Origin: Omnitrophica WOR_2 bacterium RIFCSPHIGHO2_02_FULL_67_20
GTDB lineage: Bacteria; Omnitrophota; Gorgyraeia; Aquiviventales; Aquiviventaceae
Assembly (NCBI GenBank): GCA_001805695.1
Contig: MHGT01000036.1
Location: 4,146 to 42,985, forward strand
DNA length: 38,840 nucleotides
Reading direction: 5' to 3'
Of the stretch, positions 8,657 through 16,585 are shown one piece after another; the stretch's first letter is position 1, and every line of letters starts with the position of its first letter. A program made the position numbers and the translations under genes. Under the pieces are notes generated by a model. It was not told the origin of the DNA. It searched no databases and was given only the letters and a program-made list of their open reading frames with translations.

Positions 8657-8659
8657 AAC

Positions 8660-8950
8660 ATGCCGACGTACGAATACCAGTGCGCGAAGTGCAAGAAGCG
8701 CCGCGAGGCGTCCCAGTCCATCACCGCCAAGCCGCTCGTCAAGTGCCCGAAGTGCGGCGGCCGGCTCAAGCGCCTCATGGGCCGCGGCTCGGGCTTCCTG
8801 TTCAAGGGGAGCGGGTTCTACATCACCGACTACCGGAGCAAGAGCTACCAGGACGCCAAGAAGAAGGACCAAGACGCGAAGAAGAAGGACCAACCTGCCT
8901 CCTCTTCCTCTGACGGCAAAAGCTCCTCGTCCACCGGTAGCAAAGCGTAG
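8660..8950 (+). CDS. FmdB-family putative regulatory zinc-ribbon protein
   Basis: MPTYEYQCAKC...KCPKCGG is the CxxC-N-CxxC signature of this family. The QRAQRAQRA N-terminal extension in the ORF track is a translation of the repeat. Confidence 0.85.
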   Translation: MPTYEYQCAKCKKRREASQSITAKPLVKCPKCGGRLKRLMGRGSGFLFKGSGFYITDYRSKSYQDAKKKDQDAKKKDQPASSSSDGKSSSSTGSKA

Positions 8951-9002
8951 TGTATGGGGCTACGCGGCCGCCGCGTATGCGGCGGTCATCCTTGTCGGCT
9001 CG

Positions 9003-9305
9003 GTGGTCCCCGTTCCCGAGGGGCCGTCGGTCCCGTACCTTGACAAGGCAGTCCATCTCTGCGAGTATCTCCTCTTTGCCTGGCTGCTCGCGGGAGCGCT
9101 GCGCGCGGCCCGGTTGACCGAGCGGGAGTACGGGCGGCTTGCCTGGATGTACGCCACGAGCTACGGCCTTCTCATTGAGCTGATCCAGGGGCTCATCCCG
9201 TGGCGCTCGGCGGATTTGTGGGACGCGGCGGCGAATGCCCTCGGCGCGGCATTCGGGGTCTGGTTGGGACGACGCATTCCTCGCCGCTCCTCGGGCAGTC
9301 CATAG
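9003..9305 (+). CDS. VanZ-like membrane protein (N-terminus probably incomplete as called)
   Basis: LDKAVHLCEYLLFAWLL...GLLIELIQGLIPWRSADLWDAAANALGAAFG matches the VanZ pattern. An in-frame TM-like stretch (WGYAAAAYAAVILVGS) lies upstream of the first canonical start codon. Confidence 0.65.
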   Translation: MVPVPEGPSVPYLDKAVHLCEYLLFAWLLAGALRAARLTEREYGRLAWMYATSYGLLIELIQGLIPWRSADLWDAAANALGAAFGVWLGRRIPRRSSGSP

Positions 9306-9356
9306 TCTCCGCCAAAGGCGGACCCGCCTCCGGCGGGGACAGTCAACGGTCCACAG

Positions 9357-10013
9357 ATGCCACGACGCTGGAATCTGGTTGCTGCTGAGTTCGCGCACCA
9401 TCTGCCGTACACCCTTGTCGGCTCGCTCATCTCGATGGCGGTGGTGTGGTGGTTCGGGACTCAGCAGCTCGGAAACGGCCCTGCCGAGCTCCTCTTCCAG
9501 CAGGCGCGCGCGAGCTTCCACCTCTTCCACCCGCTTCACATCTGCCTCTCCGCCATCGCGACGACCTCGCTCTTCTGGCGCTACGAGCGCCATGTCCTCC
9601 GGGCGGCCTGGGTCGGCGCCTGGGGCACGATCCTCCCCTGCGGATTGAGCGATTACTTTTTCCCTTACGTGGGAGGACGGTTGTTCGGCCAGCCGATGCA
9701 GTGGCACGTCTGCATCGTGCAGGAGCCGCAGCTCTTCTTCTCGTTCCTCGCGCTGGGGATCCTCGGCGGCTTCTGGGCGGAGAGCCGCCTCCGGGGCAGC
9801 CACCTCTTCTCGCACGGGGCGCACGTCTTCGTCAGCAGCGCCGCGTCCTTGCTCTACCTAGTGTCCTTCGGGTTCACCTCCTGGATGACGGACGTCCAGG
9901 CCATCTTTCCCGTCTTCGCCATCATCGTGCTGGCGGTGTGGGTGCCTTGCTGCATCAGCGACGTCGTCATCCCTGTGGCGACCGCCCACAAGGGGCACAC
10001 CCACGGCTCCTGA
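9357..10013 (+). CDS. Hypothetical multi-pass membrane protein, His/Cys-rich
   Basis: Five to six hydrophobic segments, with HLFHPLH, PCG, PCC and a C-terminal HKGHTHGS. I recognise no family. Confidence 0.55.
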   Translation: MPRRWNLVAAEFAHHLPYTLVGSLISMAVVWWFGTQQLGNGPAELLFQQARASFHLFHPLHICLSAIATTSLFWRYERHVLRAAWVGAWGTILPCGLSDYFFPYVGGRLFGQPMQWHVCIVQEPQLFFSFLALGILGGFWAESRLRGSHLFSHGAHVFVSSAASLLYLVSFGFTSWMTDVQAIFPVFAIIVLAVWVPCCISDVVIPVATAHKGHTHGS

Positions 10014-10022
10014 GGCTCGCTG

Positions 10023-11252
10023 ATGGCGAAGATCCGCCCGTTCCGCGCGTTGCGCTATGACTCGTCGCGCTTTGGCGACCTCAGCCCCGTCCTGGCACCC
10101 CCGTATGACGTGATCGACGCCGCAGAGCAGGACCAGCTCTACGAGCGCTCGCCCCATAACATCGTCCGCCTGATCCTCGGCAAGCAGTCGGCCGCCGACA
10201 CCCCGGCAGACAACCGCTACACCCGCTCGGCCCTCGACTTCGCCGCATGGCAGGAGCAGGGCATCCTGCGCCGCGACCACGCCCCGGCGCTCTATCTCGT
10301 CGACCACCGCTTCCAGGCGGGCGGCGAGTCCCGGTCGCGCCTGGGCTTCCTCGCCCTCCTCGAATTCACCGAGCCCATCGAGCAAGCGGTCCTGCGCCAC
10401 GAGAAGACGCTCTCAGCACCCCGGGAGGACCGGACGAAGCTCCTGGACGCCGTGCCGGCGAGCCTCGAGCCGATCTTCCTGGTCTATCCCGATGAAGGGG
10501 GGGCCGTCCAGGCGCTGCTGCGGGACCGCTCGGTTCAAGCGCCGGACGCCGCCGGCTCGCTGGGCGGCGAGGACATCCGGCTCTGGGCGGTGACCGACCC
10601 GGAGCTCATCCGGCGCGTCAGCGAGGCACTCGAGCCGTCGGCGGTGCTGATCGCGGACGGCCACCACCGCTTCGAGGTCGCCTACAGCCGGCGCAGCCGC
10701 CATCGCGCGCTGATGGCCTACTTCGCGTCGATGGAGGAGCCCTCGCTCATCGTGCGGCCCATCCACCGCGTTGTTTCCTCGGGGCGCCGGCTCGATGTGG
10801 AAGCCTCGGGCGGCCTGTGCGCGGCTGCCCCGGTTCCCGACCTGGCGGCCCTGCTGCGCTGGCTCGACGATGAGCGCGCTCCCGGCTGTTTCGGCTGGTC
10901 GGACGGGCGGGCGTTCTACCGGTTGACGGTTCCGCCGGACCGGCTGGAGCGGTGGCTCAAGACGTCGCCGGTGCCAAAGCCGGTCGCCCGCCTCGACGTC
11001 TCGCTCCTGCACGGCCTCCTCCTGCCGGGCCTCGGCTTCCACGGGGCCACGATCCGGTACGCGGCCGATGCCCGCAAGGCGATCGGGGAGCTGGGCGGCA
11101 GCGGGTCGGTGTGGCTGCTGCGCGGTATTCCGCTCGCCGACGTCTACGACGTCGCCGCCCAGGGGCTGCTACTCCCGCCGAAATCCACATATTTCTACCC
11201 GAAGGTCCCCTCCGGGCTGGCCATCAATCTCCTCGGGGGCCAGACCCCCTGA
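10023..11252 (+). CDS. DUF1015 family protein
   Basis: The N-terminus MAKIRPFRALRY...VLAPPYDVI...ERSPHNIVRLILG and the internal IADGHHRFE are characteristic of DUF1015. Confidence 0.85.
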   Translation: MAKIRPFRALRYDSSRFGDLSPVLAPPYDVIDAAEQDQLYERSPHNIVRLILGKQSAADTPADNRYTRSALDFAAWQEQGILRRDHAPALYLVDHRFQAGGESRSRLGFLALLEFTEPIEQAVLRHEKTLSAPREDRTKLLDAVPASLEPIFLVYPDEGGAVQALLRDRSVQAPDAAGSLGGEDIRLWAVTDPELIRRVSEALEPSAVLIADGHHRFEVAYSRRSRHRALMAYFASMEEPSLIVRPIHRVVSSGRRLDVEASGGLCAAAPVPDLAALLRWLDDERAPGCFGWSDGRAFYRLTVPPDRLERWLKTSPVPKPVARLDVSLLHGLLLPGLGFHGATIRYAADARKAIGELGGSGSVWLLRGIPLADVYDVAAQGLLLPPKSTYFYPKVPSGLAINLLGGQTP

Positions 11253-11259
11253 GCCGGGG

Positions 11260-11295
11260 CGTCAATTGACGAGCCGTATCACCCTGTGCTAGCAT
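11260..11295 (+). promoter_or_regulatory. Candidate accD promoter with an overlapping 12-bp perfect palindrome
   Basis: CGTCAATTGACG (11260-11271) contains TTGACG. After an 18-nt spacer comes TAGCAT (11290-11295). Confidence 0.35.
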
Positions 11296-11376
11296 AACTC
11301 TTTCCGTGTTTCCCCCAACGAGTTACCGCGCAGTCGGTTGGTCGACGGCAAGCCTCACGAGGTGTGATCAGGTGAT

Positions 11377-11491
11377 CCCACCACCTGGCTGTCCCGCCAT
11401 TGGCGGGGCAGATTCCAATGGAAGAGCTGAGGGTGAACATGCAGTGTGACAATCTGCGGGCTGCCGTTGGCAGCCCCAGCCAGGTGGTGGG
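11377..11491 (+). promoter_or_regulatory. Structured accD 5' leader (predicted four-way junction closing at the start codon)
   Basis: P1 is CCCACCACCTGGCTG (11377-11391) paired with CAGCCAGGTGGTGGG (11477-11491), a perfect 15 bp. P2 is CCCGCC-ATT-GGCGGG (11393-11407). P3 is GCAGATT (11408-14) paired with AATCTGC (11451-57). P4 is GGGCTGCC-GTT-GGCAGCCC (11458-11476). The ATG is at 11492. Confidence 0.5.
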
Positions 11492-12333
11492 ATGAAGCTC
11501 TTCAGCAAGCGCCATCCCAGCCTCGCGCGCCGGTCCAAGCGCGAGATCCCCACCGGCCTCTGGACGAAGTGCGAGTCCTGCGGCCAGCTCATCTACAACA
11601 AGGCGCTGGAGGAGAACCTCCGCGTCTGCCCCAAGTGCGACTTCCACTTCCCCCTCGCCGCGGCCCAGCGCCTTAAGCTCACGCTGGATGAGGGGACGTT
11701 CGAGGAGTGGGATGCGGAGCTTGCCCCCGTCGACCCCCTGAACTTCGCCATCCCCAGGCCGTACGCCGAGAAGGTCGTGGAGGAACAGCGCGCCTGCGGC
11801 ATGCCCGACGCCTGCGTCACCGGCAAAGGGCTCCTGGATGGGCACGAGGTGGTGATCGGTATCACCGACTCCCGCTTCATGATGGGGTCGATGGGCTCGG
11901 TGGTGGGGGAGCGCCTCACGCGCGCCATCGAGCGCGCCACCGAGCAGCGGCTGCCGCTCATCATCGTGTCCGGCTCCGGCGGCGGCGCGCGGATGCAGGA
12001 GGGGGCGCTGAGCCTCATGCAGATGGCGAAGACCTCGGCCGCGCTCATGCGCTACGACGAGCAGGGGGGCTGCTTCCTCTCCGTCCTCACGCACCCCACG
12101 ATGGCCGGGGTGCTCGCCAGCTTCGCGACGCTGGGCGACCTCATCATCGCCGAGCCCAAGGCGCTCATCGGCTTCACCGGCCCCCGCGTCATCGAGCAGA
12201 CCATCCGGCAGAAGCTGCCGGAGGGGTTCCAGCGCTCGGAGTTCCTCCTGGAGCACGGCCTCATCGACCTCATCGCGCACCGCCGGGAGATGAAGGCCGT
12301 GCTGGCCAGGCTCCTGAGCTACTACGGGCGCTG

Positions 12334-12334
<1 letters not shown>
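11492..12334 (+). CDS. accD: Acetyl-CoA carboxylase carboxyltransferase beta subunit
   Basis: N-terminal zinc finger CESCGQLIY...CPKCDFHF followed by a carboxyltransferase domain ([18 protein letters not shown]). Confidence 0.95.
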
Positions 12335-13437
<1,103 letters not shown>

Positions 13438-13544
13438 TTCGTTAAGCCCGTTAAGCCCGTTGGGCCCGTTGGGCCCGTTGAGTCCGTTCGGACGGGCCGC
13501 CAACCGGCTCAACGGGCGCAACCGGCCTAACGGGCTCAACCGGG
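13438..13544. repeat. 9-bp-unit palindromic array, GCCCGTT family, copy 2 of 4
   Basis: gcccgttaa gcccgttaa?gcccgttgg gcccgttgg gcccgttga gtccgttcg gacgggccg ccaaccggc tcaacgggc gcaaccggc ctaacgggc tcaaccggg. It ends 1 nt before the next ATG (13546). Confidence 0.9.
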
Positions 13545-13545
13545 T

Positions 13546-15006
13546 ATGGACACCACGACGGCTCCCTCCCAAACTGCCATCCGCTGGACGGTCGCAGCGG
13601 CGCTGGCCCTGGTGTGCGTGCTACTTGCCCGGGGGATTCTTGGCGGCGTACCCCCGGAGATGTTGCACGCTCTCGGCCTCGTCGCCGTTTCCCTCACCGC
13701 GTACGCCTGGGTCCTCTATCCGGTCGGGGCGAGTTGGCTCTTCGGCCTGGCGGTCCTGGTATGCCTCGTCTGGGCATGGGCGGCCCGGCAGGCCGGTGCG
13801 CTGGCCCTGGATGTGTCCGCGCTGGCGGTCCTCGCCGCGGCGGCGACCTGGCAGCGCGCCCGGCGCGCGCGAGCGCTCCACCGACTCCAGCAGACGGTGG
13901 GGGACCTCGGCGAGGAGCTCGTCGTCAAGGAGCAGGCGATCGCGGCGTCCGTCCAGACGCGGGATGCGTTGCAGCGCAAGCTCTCCCGCTACACCCAGCT
14001 GCAGACCATCGCCGAGGAGCTGAGCAACTTGACCGACCTGGGCGCGATCGCCGCGCTCGGCGTGGAGCGCGCCTTCTCCCTCATCGGCAAGTCGGGCGTC
14101 TGCCTCATCTTCCTCGTGGATCTGGAGCGCCAGGAGCTCTCGCTCTTCGCGTCCAAGCGCCGCGAGCCGGCGGCGAAGATCCGCGCCAAGCACGGCGACC
14201 AGTTCGACCGCCACGTCCTGCGCACCCACCGCTCGCTGCTGGTGAACGACGTCCGGCGGGACTTCCGGTTCACGGTCGCCGTCTCGCCCGAGCGTGAGAT
14301 CAGCTCGGTCATCGCCTGTCCGCTCATGTTGGGCCAGCGCCCCTCCGGCGTCCTGCGCTTGGACAGCCCCCAGAGCGCCGCCTATAACCAGGACGACCTG
14401 CGGTTCCTCGACATCCTCCTCGACCTGGTCTCCGCGGCGATGACCAACGCCCGGCTCCTCGCGCAGACGCAGCAGCTGGCCGTGACCGACGGGCTGACCG
14501 GCCTCTCGCTGCGGCGTCCGTTCCTCGAGCAGCTCGCGCGGGAGCTCTCACGCGCGGTCCGCGGCCGCGAGCCGGTGTCCGTCCTCATGGTGGACGTGGA
14601 CTACTTCAAGTCGTACAACGACGCCTTCGGCCACACCGCGGGCGACCTGGTCCTGAAGGGTGTCGCCGACGTCCTCCGCGCGGTAGCACCGCCCGGCGGG
14701 CTCTCCGCGCGCTACGGCGGCGAAGAGTTCGTCGTGCTCCTGCCCCGCACGGCCCGCCACCAGGCGGGCGATGTGGCAGAGGCGATCCGGCGGCAGGTGG
14801 AGCAGCGCGTGAGGGGTAGCGCCGGCGGGAGTACGCGCGCCAAAGATCTGGCGCGGGCAGCCGGTCCGGCCAGGGCCGTGACCGTCTCGATAGGGGTCGC
14901 CTCGTTTCCCGACGACGCGCAGGTGGACCTTGAGCTGATCCGCGTCGCGGACCAGCGGCTCTATGAGGCCAAGCGGAACGGGCGCAACTTAGTATGTAGC
15001 TCATGA
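13546..15006 (+). CDS. Membrane-anchored GAF-GGDEF diguanylate cyclase
   Basis: N-terminal TM helices, a coiled coil, a GAF-like region, and a GGDEF domain with DVDYFKSYNDAFGHTAGD and RYGGEEF. Confidence 0.9.
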   Translation: MDTTTAPSQTAIRWTVAAALALVCVLLARGILGGVPPEMLHALGLVAVSLTAYAWVLYPVGASWLFGLAVLVCLVWAWAARQAGALALDVSALAVLAAAATWQRARRARALHRLQQTVGDLGEELVVKEQAIAASVQTRDALQRKLSRYTQLQTIAEELSNLTDLGAIAALGVERAFSLIGKSGVCLIFLVDLERQELSLFASKRREPAAKIRAKHGDQFDRHVLRTHRSLLVNDVRRDFRFTVAVSPEREISSVIACPLMLGQRPSGVLRLDSPQSAAYNQDDLRFLDILLDLVSAAMTNARLLAQTQQLAVTDGLTGLSLRRPFLEQLARELSRAVRGREPVSVLMVDVDYFKSYNDAFGHTAGDLVLKGVADVLRAVAPPGGLSARYGGEEFVVLLPRTARHQAGDVAEAIRRQVEQRVRGSAGGSTRAKDLARAAGPARAVTVSIGVASFPDDAQVDLELIRVADQRLYEAKRNGRNLVCSS

Positions 15007-15028
15007 TGGGAGCTTTTGCGCAGCGTGT

Positions 15029-15099
15029 ATTTCGGATTTCGGATTTGGGATTTCGGATCCAAAGGTTTCGTCCGCAATCCGTAATCCGCAATCCGAAAT
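15029..15099. repeat. Heptad-array hairpin: 4 x ATTTCGG-type units, a loop, 4 x CCGNAAT units
   Basis: ATTTCGG ATTTCGG ATTTGGG ATTTCGG (15029-15056), then CCGCAAT CCGTAAT CCGCAAT CCGAAAT (15072-15099). Confidence 0.88.
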
Positions 15100-15112
15100 T
15101 CCAGGCGTCTCC

Positions 15113-16390
15113 ATGGTAATTGTCACCTCTCTCTGGCTCCTCGCCATGGTCTCCGGCCTCTGCTGGGCGCGCCGCTACACGGCGGCGCTGAGCGCCGTGA
15201 CCGCCCTGGCGTTCATCGCCACCGAGGCCGAGACGCTGCTCGCATGGACCGGTTGGCTCCAGCTGGCGGCGTTGGGTGCGACACCCTGGCTGCTGGCGGC
15301 CCAGCGCCTGCAGGATGCGCTGACCGTCAGGCGGCTGCATGATGAGGAGGCCGCGCGCCTCGCCAAGCTCTCCGAGGCGGCCCGGTCGCTCCTCTCGCTG
15401 CAGCGCTCGACCGACCAGATGGAGGCGCAGATCAGCCAGATCACCGATCTCTACCACGTGACGAAGGAGACCTCGCGGGCGATGCACGTGAAGGAGCTCT
15501 TCGCCGCGTCGCTGGATATCGCGCCCCGCCTGCTCAGCGCCAGCGGCCTGCGCCTCATCGACCTCTCCGGCGAAGAGCCCCGCGTCCTGCGGGCCGCGCG
15601 CGGGGCGGACGGGCGCATGCGGGAGGAACAGGCCGACGGGCCGCTCGATGCGGAGCGCGCCATCATCCAGGAGGCGCTGGCGTCGGCCCCCCAGGCGGCG
15701 GGCGGGCGGACGGGGCCATCGGGCCTGGCCTGGGCGCCGCTGTGGCGTGAACAACACGCGGTGGGAGTGCTGGTCGCCGACGGGCTGCCGGATGACCAAA
15801 TCCGGACGCTGACGATCGTCGCGAACCAGCTTTCGCTCCAGCTGGCCCGCGTCACGCTCTACCAGCGGGTGGAGTCGCTCGCCGTCACGGATGCGCTCAC
15901 CGGCCTCTTCGTGCGCCGGCACTTCATGGAGCGCTCCAGGGAGGAGCTGACGCGCTCCAAGCGCCACGGCCTGGCCTGCTCGCTGCTCATGGTCGACCTC
16001 GACCACTTCAAGCAGAAGAACGACACGTACGGCCACCTGGTCGGCGACGTCGTCCTCCGCGACGTGGCGCGGCTGCTGGCGCACAACCTCCGCGAGGTGG
16101 ACCTCATCGCCCGCTACGGCGGCGAAGAACTCGTGCTCATGCTCATCGAAACCGGGCCGGCGCAGGCGCTGCCGATCGCCCAGCGGCTCGCTCAGCTCGT
16201 CGCGGTGCACCCGATCCGCGCCTACGATGAGCTCCTGACGCAGACGGTCAGCATGGGGTTGGCCGCCTTCCCGGACCACGGCGACACGCTGGAAACGCTG
16301 ATTGAGCGGGCGGACCAGGCGCTGTACGCGGCGAAGCAGGCGGGGAGGAATCGTGTCGTTGTGTACTCGGAAAAAACGCAGGGGGTGTAG
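15113..16390 (+). CDS. Membrane-anchored GGDEF diguanylate cyclase (GGEEL variant with an RxxD I-site)
   Basis: DLDHFKQKNDTYGHLVGD, REVDLIARYGGEEL (RxxD five residues before the GGEEL motif), and an N-terminal hydrophobic region. Confidence 0.9.
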   Translation: MVIVTSLWLLAMVSGLCWARRYTAALSAVTALAFIATEAETLLAWTGWLQLAALGATPWLLAAQRLQDALTVRRLHDEEAARLAKLSEAARSLLSLQRSTDQMEAQISQITDLYHVTKETSRAMHVKELFAASLDIAPRLLSASGLRLIDLSGEEPRVLRAARGADGRMREEQADGPLDAERAIIQEALASAPQAAGGRTGPSGLAWAPLWREQHAVGVLVADGLPDDQIRTLTIVANQLSLQLARVTLYQRVESLAVTDALTGLFVRRHFMERSREELTRSKRHGLACSLLMVDLDHFKQKNDTYGHLVGDVVLRDVARLLAHNLREVDLIARYGGEELVLMLIETGPAQALPIAQRLAQLVAVHPIRAYDELLTQTVSMGLAAFPDHGDTLETLIERADQALYAAKQAGRNRVVVYSEKTQGV

Positions 16391-16455
16391 CGTGTACCGT
16401 TTACCGTGTACCGTCAAGAGCGATGAATCAGGTTTTCACGGTACACCGTACACGG
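16391..16455. repeat. Heptad-array hairpin: GTGTACC-type units and their complement GGTACAC
   Basis: GTGTACC GTTTACC GTGTACC GT (16392-16414), a loop, then AC GGTACAC CGTACAC GG (16438-16455). It runs directly into the 112-nt element. Confidence 0.8.
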
Positions 16456-16568
16456 TTCACCCCGTACCACGGTGGACGCCCCGCCCGTCAGGGCGGGGAG
16501 GAATGGCGTGGTCGTCCCGAAGGGTCGTTCCAGAGGCCACGGCCGTTAGGCCGTGGTACGGGGTTCAC
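16455..16568 (+). repeat. Conserved ~112-nt structured palindromic element, copy A (possible ncRNA, cis-regulatory RNA or MITE)
   Basis: About 80% identical by eye to 22887-22997. Terminal complement ACCCCGTACCACGG / CCGTGGTACGGGGT. Hairpins CCCCGCCC-GTCA-GGGCGGGG and CCACGGCC-GTTA-GGCCGTGG. Confidence 0.7.
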
Positions 16569-16585
16569 GGTACACGCACGATGTG

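Noticed and set aside
8564-8659. N-terminal extension MPVMPVGPLEPVRYQRAQRAQRAQRAQRANGN of the FmdB ORF
   Set aside because: This is a translation of the 9-bp repeat array. The conserved family N-terminus MPTYEYQC starts at 8660.
14606-16417. Long minus-strand ORFs (e.g. 14606-16417, 603 aa; 342-1748; 1758-3035; 22889-24337; 28801-30402; 27655-28695; 36922-38028)
   Set aside because: Each lies antisense to a + strand gene with clear family motifs. Their translations are Arg/Ala/Gly/Pro-rich with no recognisable domains, as expected for stop-poor shadow frames in high-GC DNA.
16455-16568. Assignment of the 112-nt element to a known riboswitch or ribozyme class (c-di-GMP-I/II, ZTP, fluoride, NAD+-I/nadA, twister, hammerhead)
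   Set aside because: From memory I could not match the conserved cores of these classes to the element. The CACCCCGUA resemblance to the nadA motif is undermined because CCCCG is fully paired here. This needs a real Rfam scan.
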